IMG/VR virus record: IMGVR_UViG_2802429219_000007 | DNA: 13,878 bases | Direction: 5' to 3' (one strand) | Source of the DNA: a virus | Lineage: Duplodnaviria; Heunggongvirae; Uroviricota; Caudoviricetes | Shown: piece by piece, positions 1-6,830 of the stretch | Numbering within the stretch: position 1 is the stretch's first letter | Layout: each line of letters starts with the position of its first letter | The notes under the pieces: generated by a model | The model's input: only the letters and a program-made list of their open reading frames with translations | What the model was told of the DNA's origin: nothing | Database searches by the model: none | Translations under genes and position numbers: made by a program

Positions 1-390
1 AGTGCTGACCAAAAACACAACGCCAATCAGTGATGATGAAATGGTGGAAAGCGGACAGCATCAGTAACGAAAGTATTTAGCGGGCATGAAAATGGCAAAT
101 AACGGTCAAACATCGTGGCGTTGACACCGAAGCCTGCTGAAATTCAAACTGCGGATCTAAGCGGTCATCGCAACGGTGAATCAGGTGGTTGCCGTATCGT
201 TGTGTTGTTGCGATGAACTTATTTAAAACTATAGTTGTTTTACCGTCAACAACAAAAGTTGTTTTATTGGTTGTTTTAGATATAACTGGTTGTATTTAGG
301 ATGGATTTATTTTGTGACTTGAATCGCATAGCGATAACTGAAGCGAGGTTATGGTGGTTTTTTTAACGGTGTGTGTGATGAGGGGAGGGC

Positions 391-417
391 AAAAGAAAAC
401 CCGGCACGGTGACCGGG
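391..417 (-). terminator. Candidate intrinsic terminator downstream of the cI-like gene (minus strand)
   Basis: GC-rich inverted repeat CCCGG(8 nt)CCGGG at 400-417; read on the minus strand it is followed by GUUUUCUUUUG. Lies about 120 bp past the cI stop. Confidence 0.45.
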
Positions 418-538
418 ATTCTTACGCCGTTAGGTAAAGATATTATTGCGGTGGCTTAATATTACTACCTAGAGCAAAGATAGGAATTAGTTCTTTACTG
501 AATGAGCACAATGCCCAGTTGATAATTTTTAATTGGTA

Positions 539-1228
539 CTACCCATGCTTCCTATATGTCTGCGGCATGCTCCCAATAACCTTACCGAAGATGAACACCC
601 GGTTCATCTCGTCTTTCTCGATCGGGTCCCACGGTGAGTAGCTTTTGTTATCAGAGATGACCAGCAGCTTATCCTTCATCATTTGCAGGCGCTTTACATG
701 GGCTGTGTCGTCGTACAGAAACGCATAGATACCATCACCGTCGAAAGATTTAACTGTGATATCAACGAACAGCAGATCACCTGGTTCGATCGTTCCTGAC
801 ATGCTGTCACCACGCACGTTAATGATGCGGATATTTTCCGCCTTCCTACCATCGAACATATGACGAGCATCGTCAAACGAGTACTCAACCGAGCGTAGAA
901 CTTCTACAAACTCACGGTTGATGACTCCCGGCCCAGCACTGACTTCTATATCAAGAACGTCAATCTTGAAGTATTTGGAATGGCTGACAGTTGATTGTAT
1001 TGGTTGCACTGTACTGTCTGACATATTTCCAACGCCAGAAGATAACCATTCTGCGCGCACACCCAAAGCGTTCGCGATCTCCACGATTTTAGTTGTTTGA
1101 TTAGCTTTCCCTGTTTCGATTTTCTGAATAGCAGCTTGGCTAACCCCGACCAAATCCCCAAGCGCCTTTTGTGTAAGGCCTCGCGCTAATCTGGCTTCTT
1201 TAAGTCTTTCTGAGAGTGTTGTTTTCAT
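539..1228 (-). CDS. cI: CI-type phage repressor: N-terminal HTH (XRE-like) plus C-terminal S24/LexA-type autopeptidase domain
   Basis: Translation MKTTLSERLKEARLARGLTQKALGDLVGVSQAAIQKIE (HTH); Ala-Gly cleavage-site candidate (VSAGPG); GDSM serine motif and downstream Lys (VKRLQ). Start placed at the ATG at 1228, not the upstream in-frame extension; divergent from cro-like gene. Confidence 0.85.
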   Translation of the reverse strand: MKTTLSERLKEARLARGLTQKALGDLVGVSQAAIQKIETGKANQTTKIVEIANALGVRAEWLSSGVGNMSDSTVQPIQSTVSHSKYFKIDVLDIEVSAGPGVINREFVEVLRSVEYSFDDARHMFDGRKAENIRIINVRGDSMSGTIEPGDLLFVDITVKSFDGDGIYAFLYDDTAHVKRLQMMKDKLLVISDNKSYSPWDPIEKDEMNRVFIFGKVIGSMPQTYRKHG

Positions 1229-1234
1229 AGTCCA

Positions 1235-1263
1235 AATGTACAACCAAGGTTTTATTCCATCAA
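1235..1263 (-). promoter_or_regulatory. Candidate pRM-like promoter for cI (-35 TTGATG, 17-bp spacer, -10 TACATT on minus strand); predicts leaderless cI mRNA
   Basis: Read on the minus strand: TTGATG-17 bp-TACATT, with the -10 ending 6 nt before the cI ATG and no Shine-Dalgarno. Operator-like repeat ACAACCAAGGTTTT (1240-1253) lies in the spacer. Confidence 0.4.
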
Positions 1264-1276
1264 ACGAAAATGGTTG

Positions 1277-1305
1277 TTGACTAAAAACAACCATGGTTTT
1301 AATAT
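1277..1305 (+). promoter_or_regulatory. Candidate pR-like promoter for cro (-35 TTGACT, 17-bp spacer, -10 TAATAT) overlapped by operator-like sites
   Basis: TTGACT (1277-1282), 17 bp, TAATAT (1300-1305); SD ACGGAGG precedes the cro ATG at 1333. Sites AAAATGGTTGTT (1267-1278) and ACAACCATGGTTTT (1287-1300, containing palindrome AACCATGGTT) overlap the -35 and the spacer/-10. Confidence 0.5.
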
Positions 1306-1332
1306 TGATTCAAATTAACCACGGAGGTTGTT

Positions 1333-1563
1333 ATGAACCCAGCTATCAAAACAGCGATCAATATCGTTGGTTCACAAAAGAAACTGGGCGCTGCTTGCGA
1401 AGTTTCACAGCAGGCCGTCTATAAGTGGCTTCACAACAAAGCAAAGGTATCCCCTGAACATGTCGGCAGCATTGTTACGGCTACTGGTGGAGTAGTGAAG
1501 GCATACCAGATTCGCCCGGATCTTCCGAAGTTGTTTCCACACACCGAAAAGAACGCAGCTTAA
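1333..1563 (+). CDS. cro: Cro/YdaS-like small HTH regulator
   Basis: 76-aa ORF divergent from the repressor, good SD, first gene of the rightward operon; composition (AINIVGSQKKLGAACEVSQQAVYKWL) consistent with Cro/YdaS-family HTH proteins. Confidence 0.7.
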   Translation: MNPAIKTAINIVGSQKKLGAACEVSQQAVYKWLHNKAKVSPEHVGSIVTATGGVVKAYQIRPDLPKLFPHTEKNAA

Positions 1564-1575
1564 ATTTCCATTTCA

Positions 1576-1588
1576 CGCTCTTTAACAA
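1576..1588 (+). promoter_or_regulatory. boxA-like element (CGCTCTTTAACAA) in the cro to cII-position intergenic region; candidate nutR-type site
   Basis: Exact match to the boxA core CGCTCTTTA / GCTCTTTAACAA family motif, at the position where lambda carries nutR. No convincing boxB hairpin seen downstream. Confidence 0.4.
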
Positions 1589-1632
1589 TAAGCAATCAAC
1601 TTAACAGTCAATTCAAACTAAAGGAGTCAATT

Positions 1633-2172
1633 ATGCAACCACTTACATACCAACAGACTAGCGGATTTAGCCCGACTGCGGTGATAAATCGTTCTCAAAC
1701 AAAACAGGTGCCAGGCCACGAAAAAATCCGTGATGCCGTCCGCGCTTGGTCTGCTGAAGATAATCAGGATGTAGTTGCCGCACTCATTGTGAATGAGTAT
1801 CGAGCACAGGGCGGCGGCACCATCGATTTTCCTGATGATGTCAGTCGTGCACGCCAGAAGCTGTTCCGCTTCCTCGATAACAAATTCGATTCTGAAAAAT
1901 ACCGAAATAACGTGCGTGAACTGACCCCGGCAATTCTGGCGGTACTACCGCTGGAATATCGCGGCCACCTGGTTGAGCAGGATAGCTTCATGGCTCGGCT
2001 GGCTGAAATGGAAAAGGAACTCAGTGAGGCAAAGCAGGCGGTCATTCTCAACGCACCACGCCACCAGAAACTGAAGGAGATGAGTGAAGGCATTGTGTCG
2101 ATGTTTCGAGTGGACCCGGATCTGGCTGGTCCATTGATGGCGATGGTCACCACCATGCTGGGGGCAATATGA
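1633..2172 (+). CDS. YdaT-family (CII-like) regulatory protein
   Basis: 179-aa ORF with SD AAGGAG; segment AALIVNEYRAQGGGTIDFP and C-terminal coiled region resemble YdaT of Rac-type prophages (recalled, not searched); sits in the cII position after cro. Confidence 0.55.
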   Translation: MQPLTYQQTSGFSPTAVINRSQTKQVPGHEKIRDAVRAWSAEDNQDVVAALIVNEYRAQGGGTIDFPDDVSRARQKLFRFLDNKFDSEKYRNNVRELTPAILAVLPLEYRGHLVEQDSFMARLAEMEKELSEAKQAVILNAPRHQKLKEMSEGIVSMFRVDPDLAGPLMAMVTTMLGAI

Positions 2173-2180
2173 CAGGTTCA

Positions 2181-2250
2181 AAAATGGCGAAAGTCGGTCT
2201 GCGGGAACAGAACCGACTTTCAGGTGCAAATCGTAACACACTCATTGCGG
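2181..2250 (-). ncRNA. Predicted oop-like antisense small RNA (about 70 nt) covering the O ribosome-binding site and start codon
   Basis: Minus-strand promoter TTGAAT-17 bp-CATAAT (plus coordinates 2284-2279 and 2261-2256) and a minus-strand terminator: 9-bp stem AAAGTCGGT/ACCGACTTT (2190-2198 / 2212-2220) followed by CGCCAUUUUUG. Same layout as lambda pO/oop. Confidence 0.4.
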
Positions 2251-2258
2251 GAGGAATT

Positions 2259-3188
2259 ATGGCAAACACTGCTGAGATATTCAATTTTCCAGTGCCGGAT
2301 GCGGCACAAAAGGAGCCGCGCGTGGCAGATCTCGATGATGGTTATACGCGCATTGCAAATGAGTTGCTGGAAGCTGTGATGCTGGCCGGATTAACACAGC
2401 ACCAGCTTCTGGTCTTTCTGGCTGTCATGCGCAAAACATATGGCTTTAATAAAAAACTGGATTGGGTTAGCAACGAGCAACTTTCCGAATTAACCGGGAT
2501 ATTGCCGCACAAGTGTTCTGCTGCAAAAAGTGTTCTGGTAAAGCGTGGGATTTTTATTCAGAGCGGGCGGAATACCGGCATTAATAATGTGGTCAGTGAA
2601 TGGTCAACATTACCCGAATCAGGTAAGAAAAATAAAGTTTACCTGAAAGAGGTAAATTTACCTGAATCAGGTAAAAAAAGTTTACCCAAATCAGGTAAAG
2701 GCGTTTACCCGAATCAGGTAAACACAAAAGACAAACTAACAAAAGACAATATAAAACCTTTTTCGTCCGAGAATTCTGGCGAATCCTCTGACCAACCAGA
2801 AAACGATCTTCCTGTGGTGAAACCGGATGCTGCAATTCAGAGCGGCAGCAAGTGGGGGACAGCAGAAGACCTGACCGCCGCAGAGTGGATGTTTGACATG
2901 GTGAAGACCATCGCGCCATCAGCCAGAAAACCGAATTTTGCAGGGTGGGCTAACGATATCCGCCTGATGCGTGAACGTGACGGACGTAACCACCGCGACA
3001 TGTGCGTGCTGTTCCGCTGGGCATGCCAGGACAACTTCTGGTCCGGTAACGTGCTAAGTCCGGCCAAACTCCGCGACAAGTGGACCCAGCTCGAAATCAA
3101 CCGAAACAAGCAACAGGCTGGCGTGACAGCCGGCAAACCAAAACTCGACCTGACGAACACTGACTGGATTTACGGGGTGGAGCTATGA
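2259..3188 (+). CDS. O: Replication initiator protein O (lambda O family), origin-containing
   Basis: N-terminus MANTAEIFNF...VADLDDGYTRIANELLEA resembles lambda O; C-terminus ...TDWIYGVEL is lambda-O-like; start at 2259 (SD GGAGG) preferred over the upstream in-frame ATG at 2169. Stop overlaps the P start (ATGA). Confidence 0.85.
   Translation: MANTAEIFNFPVPDAAQKEPRVADLDDGYTRIANELLEAVMLAGLTQHQLLVFLAVMRKTYGFNKKLDWVSNEQLSELTGILPHKCSAAKSVLVKRGIFIQSGRNTGINNVVSEWSTLPESGKKNKVYLKEVNLPESGKKSLPKSGKGVYPNQVNTKDKLTKDNIKPFSSENSGESSDQPENDLPVVKPDAAIQSGSKWGTAEDLTAAEWMFDMVKTIAPSARKPNFAGWANDIRLMRERDGRNHRDMCVLFRWACQDNFWSGNVLSPAKLRDKWTQLEINRNKQQAGVTAGKPKLDLTNTDWIYGVEL
2610..2721. repeat. Origin iterons inside the O gene: five copies of a 17-bp dyad-symmetric repeat TTACC(C/T)NAA(T/A)(C/G)AGGTAA
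   Basis: Copies at 2610-2626, 2639-2655 (degenerate), 2658-2674, 2682-2698, 2705-2721, immediately followed by an A/T-rich stretch (2722-2765). This is the lambda-type ori architecture; repeats are in-frame coding (LPESGKK-type peptide repeats). Confidence 0.8.
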
Positions 3189-3886
3189 AAAACATCGCCG
3201 CACAGATGGTTAACTTTGACTGTGAGCAGATGCGCCGGATCGCCAACAACATGCCGGAACAGTACGACGAAAAGCCACAGGTACAGCAGGTAGCGCAGAT
3301 CATCAACGGTGTGTTCAGCCAGTTACTGGCAACTTTCCCGGCGAGCCTGGCTAACCGTGACCAGAATGAACTGAACGAAATCCGCCGCCAGTGGGTTCTG
3401 GCTTTCCGGGAAAACGGGATCACCACAATGGAACAGGTTAACGCTGGAATGCGCGTAGCCCGTCGGCAGAATCGACCATTCCTGCCATCACCCGGGCAGT
3501 TTGTCGCCTGGTGCCGGGAAGAAGCATCTGTTAACGCCGGGCTGCCAAACGTCAGCGAGCTGGTTGATATGGTTTACGAGTATTGCCGGAAGCGTGGCCT
3601 GTATCCGGATGCAGAGTCTTATCCGTGGAAATCGAACGCGCATTACTGGTTGGTTACCAACTTGTACCAGAACATGCGGGCCAATGCGCTGACTGACGCG
3701 GAATTACGGCGCAAGGCTGCCGATGAACTGACCTGTATGACAGCGCGAATTAACCGTGGTGAGACGATACCTGAACCAGTAAAACAACTTCCTGTTATGG
3801 GCGGTAGACCTCTAAATCGTGCACAGGCTCTGGCGAAGATCGCAGAAATTAAAGCTAAGTTCGGACTGAAAGGAGCAAGTGTATGA
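3185..3886 (+). CDS. P: Replication protein P (DnaB helicase loader), lambda-P-like
   Basis: 233-aa translation MKNIAAQMVNFD...QYDEKPQVQQVAQIINGVFSQLLATFPASLANRDQNE...AKFGLKGASV is near-identical to lambda P as I recall it. Confidence 0.93.
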   Translation: MKNIAAQMVNFDCEQMRRIANNMPEQYDEKPQVQQVAQIINGVFSQLLATFPASLANRDQNELNEIRRQWVLAFRENGITTMEQVNAGMRVARRQNRPFLPSPGQFVAWCREEASVNAGLPNVSELVDMVYEYCRKRGLYPDAESYPWKSNAHYWLVTNLYQNMRANALTDAELRRKAADELTCMTARINRGETIPEPVKQLPVMGGRPLNRAQALAKIAEIKAKFGLKGASV

Positions 3887-4185
3887 CGGGCAAAGAGGCA
3901 ATTATTCATTACCTGGGGACGCATAAGAGCTTCTGTGCACAGGACGTTGCCGCGGTAACAGGCGCAACCGTAACCAGCATAAATCAGGCTGCGGCTAAAA
4001 TGGCGCGGGCAGGAATCCTGGTCGTTGATGGTAAGGTCTGGCGAACGGTGTATTACCGGTTCGCTACCAGAGAAGAACGGGAAGGAAAGGTGAGCACGAA
4101 TCTGATTTTTAAGGAGTGTCGCCAGAGTGCCGCGATGAAACGGGTATTGAGGGTATATAAAAGAACATCAATGGGTACACAATGA
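3883..4185 (+). CDS. ren: Ren-like protein
   Basis: MTGKEAIIHYLGTHKSFCAQDVAAVTGATVTSINQAAAKMARAGILVVDGKVWRTVYYRFATREEREGK matches lambda Ren; start overlaps the P stop (ATGA). Confidence 0.88.
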   Translation: MTGKEAIIHYLGTHKSFCAQDVAAVTGATVTSINQAAAKMARAGILVVDGKVWRTVYYRFATREEREGKVSTNLIFKECRQSAAMKRVLRVYKRTSMGTQ

Positions 4186-4252
4186 TGAAACAGGTGAGTT
4201 GAGTTCAAACTGTAGTACAATTCTCTCCAGTTTGAACAGGAAAGAATATGCT

Positions 4253-4585
4253 ATGAACCCTTATATTTATCTTGGTGGTGCAATACTTGCAGAGGTCATT
4301 GGTACAACCTTAATGAAGTTTTCAGAAGGTTTTACACGGTTATGGCCATCTGTTGGTACAATTATTTGTTATTGTGCATCATTCTGGTTATTAGCTCAGA
4401 CGCTGGCTTATATTCCTACAGGGATTGCTTATGCTATCTGGTCAGGAGTCGGTATTGTCCTGATTAGCTTACTGTCATGGGGACTTTTCGGCCAACGGCT
4501 GGACCTGCCAGCCATTATAGGCATGATGTTGATTTGTGCCGGTGTGTTGGTTATTAATTTATTGTCACGAAGCACACCACATTAA
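4253..4585 (+). CDS. emrE: EmrE small multidrug resistance (SMR) efflux transporter
   Basis: 110-aa translation from the internal ATG: MNPYIYLGGAILAEVIGTTLMKFSEGFTRLWPSVGTIICYCASFWLLAQTLAYIPTGIAYAIWSGVGIVLISLLSWG... matches E. coli EmrE, including the conserved membrane-embedded Glu (AEVIG). emrE lies in the DLP12 prophage in K-12. Confidence 0.93.
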   Translation: MNPYIYLGGAILAEVIGTTLMKFSEGFTRLWPSVGTIICYCASFWLLAQTLAYIPTGIAYAIWSGVGIVLISLLSWGLFGQRLDLPAIIGMMLICAGVLVINLLSRSTPH

Positions 4586-4615
4586 AATAATTTGTTTCTA
4601 AACGACTAAAATATG

Positions 4616-4658
4616 GAGGCTCTTATATTTATATGAGCCTCGTTTTATGCTTTTTGTT
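4616..4658 (+). terminator. Intrinsic terminator downstream of emrE
   Basis: 7-bp stem GAGGCTC/GAGCCTC with a 12-nt AT loop, followed by GTTTTATGCTTTTTGTT. Confidence 0.5.
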
Positions 4659-4839
4659 AATGTCTTTATTTTTTATGTATTCTTTTGTGCTTTCAAGATT
4701 ATGGCGTAAGAAAATTGCAATACGATTATTGTTGTATATTCAAGATAATGTGACCTTAATTGTCTTTTTAAATAAAAATTAAACAAAAATTATATCCCAC
4801 CACTAAGGTTTATAAAAGCATACGTTAGCAGGTGTCACC

Positions 4840-6366
4840 ATGAAAAAAGCCATAGCATATATGCGATTTTCATCACCAGGTCAGATGTCTGGTGACTCAT
4901 TAAACCGACAGAGAAGACTTATTGCTGAATGGTTAAAGGTAAATAGTGATTATTATCTTGATACCATAACATATGAAGATTTAGGATTAAGTGCATTCAA
5001 AGGAAAGCATGCACAATCAGGAGCTTTTTCGGAATTTTTAGATGCTATAGAGCATGGTTATATATTGCCAGGAACTACATTGTTAGTTGAAAGTCTGGAC
5101 AGACTTTCAAGAGAAAAAGTCGGTGAAGCGATTGAACGTCTGAAATTGATTTTGAATCACGGTATTGATGTTATAACTCTTTGCGACAATACAGTCTATA
5201 ATATTGACTCTTTGAATGAGCCATATTCATTAATAAAAGCCATACTTATAGCACAAAGGGCAAATGAAGAAAGCGAGATAAAGTCAAGTCGGGTTAAATT
5301 ATCATGGAAGAAAAAACGGCAGGATGCACTGGAATCAGGTACGATTATGACGGCGTCTTGTCCGAGATGGCTCTCCTTAGATGACAAAAGAACGGCTTTT
5401 GTTCCAGACCCCGACAGGGTGAAAACTATTGAGCTAATTTTTAAACTCAGGATGGAAAGGCGCTCATTGAATGCAATAGCCAAGTATTTAAATGATCATG
5501 CTGTAAAGAATTTCTCAGGAAAAGAAAGTGCATGGGGACCTTCTGTAATTGAAAAATTATTAGCGAATAAAGCTCTGATAGGTATATGCGTACCTTCATA
5601 TCGTGCAAGAGGGAAAGGGATAAGTGAAATCGCTGGCTATTATCCCAGAGTCATATCAGATGATTTGTTTTACGCTGTACAGGAAATTCGGTTGGCACCT
5701 TTTGGTATTAGCAATAGTAGCAAGAATCCTATGCTAATAAATCTACTTCGAACAGTTATGAAGTGTGAGGCTTGTGGTAATACCATGATTGTTCATGCGG
5801 TATCTGGAAGTTTGCATGGCTATTATGTTTGTCCGATGAGAAGATTACATCGATGTGACAGGCCATCAATAAAAAGAGATTTGGTTGATTATAATATCAT
5901 TAATGAATTGCTTTTTAATTGTAGCAAAATTCAACCAGTTGAAAACAAGAAAGATGCTAATGAAACTTTAGAGTTAAAAATTATTGAGCTTCAGATGAAA
6001 ATTAATAATTTAATCGTTGCATTGTCTGTCGCGCCTGAAGTTACCGCTATAGCAGAGAAAATAAGACTATTAGATAAGGAATTACGAAGGGCTTCGGTAT
6101 CATTGAAAACTTTGAAGAGTAAAGGTGTAAATTCATTCAGTGATTTTTATGCTATTGACTTAACCAGTAAAAATGGACGAGAGTTATGCCGTACACTTGC
6201 CTATAAAACATTCGAAAAAATCATAATTAATACGGATAATAAAACCTGTGATATCTATTTTATGAATGGCATTGTTTTTAAACACTATCCTTTAATGAAA
6301 GTAATATCCGCCCAGCAGGCGATAAGTGCTCTCAAATATATGGTTGATGGTGAGATTTATTTCTAA
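4840..6366 (+). CDS. ybcK: Large serine recombinase (resolvase/invertase-type N-terminal catalytic domain plus recombinase and zinc-ribbon-like region)
   Basis: 508 aa; N-terminus KKAIAYMRFSSPGQ...SLNRQRRLI with catalytic Ser and Arg residues typical of serine recombinases; Cys-rich cluster (KCEACGN...YYVCP...HRCD); C-terminal coiled coil. Strongly AT-rich by eye. Matches DLP12 YbcK gene order. Confidence 0.8.
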   Translation: MKKAIAYMRFSSPGQMSGDSLNRQRRLIAEWLKVNSDYYLDTITYEDLGLSAFKGKHAQSGAFSEFLDAIEHGYILPGTTLLVESLDRLSREKVGEAIERLKLILNHGIDVITLCDNTVYNIDSLNEPYSLIKAILIAQRANEESEIKSSRVKLSWKKKRQDALESGTIMTASCPRWLSLDDKRTAFVPDPDRVKTIELIFKLRMERRSLNAIAKYLNDHAVKNFSGKESAWGPSVIEKLLANKALIGICVPSYRARGKGISEIAGYYPRVISDDLFYAVQEIRLAPFGISNSSKNPMLINLLRTVMKCEACGNTMIVHAVSGSLHGYYVCPMRRLHRCDRPSIKRDLVDYNIINELLFNCSKIQPVENKKDANETLELKIIELQMKINNLIVALSVAPEVTAIAEKIRLLDKELRRASVSLKTLKSKGVNSFSDFYAIDLTSKNGRELCRTLAYKTFEKIIINTDNKTCDIYFMNGIVFKHYPLMKVISAQQAISALKYMVDGEIYF

Positions 6367-6564
6367 ATAATGATCTCGGATTTTAAGTTATGCTATGGTG
6401 ATAAAGTGCAAGACAGAATTAATTATCTTTGACGAAACTTAATGGGTAATTACTTTGTTTGCTCCCACAAGCGAGTTTTGTACGGCTGTATTGGGGTAGT
6501 AAATGAGCTATACAATCTTAATCATTTGTTAGGTGAGAACTCTTGGTCGCAGATTCAAATACTG

Positions 6565-6614
6565 AAAATACGTGACAAATTATTATGAGCAAAATGGTGT
6601 ATGTCACGTATTTT
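6565..6614. repeat. Perfect 13-bp inverted repeat AAAATACGTGACA / TGTCACGTATTTT separated by 24 bp
   Basis: Arms at 6565-6577 and 6602-6614, about 200 bp downstream of the serine recombinase gene, in an AT-rich intergenic region. Confidence 0.6.
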
Positions 6615-6747
6615 GAATGATAGGTTAAAAAATAACACCGACTTTCGTAGGTATTACTAATAATAAAGCAGAGTTTTTAGATAGTATCAATGTGCTTTGT
6701 GTATATTGTGGCAAATAATTGGGTTGGGGGTACAATTGTGATTGCTT

Positions 6748-6777
6748 TTGCATAAAAATTGCGCCTTTATGCATAAT
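6748..6777 (+). promoter_or_regulatory. Candidate sigma70 promoter for ybcL (TTGCAT, 18 bp, CATAAT) embedded in an 8-bp inverted repeat
   Basis: TTGCAT 6748-6753, CATAAT 6772-6777; inverted repeat TGCATAAA (6749-6756) / TTTATGCA (6766-6773) spans the spacer. ybcL ATG is at 6831. Confidence 0.35.
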
Positions 6778-6830
6778 GAGATAAAGGAATATCAAATAAA
6801 ATAACGATAGGTCATAACAAAGAGGTTTTT

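Noticed and set aside
2-67. Short plus-strand ORF tail ending at 65-67 at the window edge
   Set aside because: Only 21 codons visible, no recognisable motif; cannot tell a real gene 3-prime end from noise without upstream sequence.
694-1161. ORFs 694..888 (-), 918..1100 (+), 946..1161 (-) inside the repressor gene
   Set aside because: They lie entirely within or antisense to the well-supported cI-like CDS and have no independent start signals or recognisable motifs; treated as frame artefacts.
1764-2241. Minus-strand ORFs 1764..2156 and 1945..2241 overlapping the YdaT-like gene
   Set aside because: Antisense to a gene with good SD and family resemblance; Ser/Arg-rich low-complexity translations typical of spurious reverse frames.
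2169-2258. Upstream in-frame ATG (2169) extending O by 30 codons
   Set aside because: The extension overlaps the YdaT-like stop and the hairpin; ATG 2259 has a GGAGG Shine-Dalgarno and yields an N-terminus resembling lambda O.
2610-2721. Tandem 17-bp repeats considered as a possible CRISPR array
   Set aside because: Repeats are only 17 bp with 6-15 bp gaps, lie in-frame inside the O gene and are followed by an A/T-rich segment: classic lambdoid ori iterons, not CRISPR.
2593-3924. Minus-strand ORFs 2593..2919, 2837..3160, 3097..3426, 3643..3924 and plus-strand ORF 3501..3692
   Set aside because: All are embedded in the O and P coding regions, whose forward-frame products are strongly supported; no start signals.
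4616-4640. Mini-ORF ATGGAGGCTCTTATATTTATATGA (7 codons) after emrE
   Set aside because: It coincides with the terminator hairpin; too short and without support to call a leader peptide.
5196-5483. Minus-strand ORF inside ybcK
   Set aside because: Antisense to the serine recombinase CDS in an AT-rich region where spurious ORFs are common.
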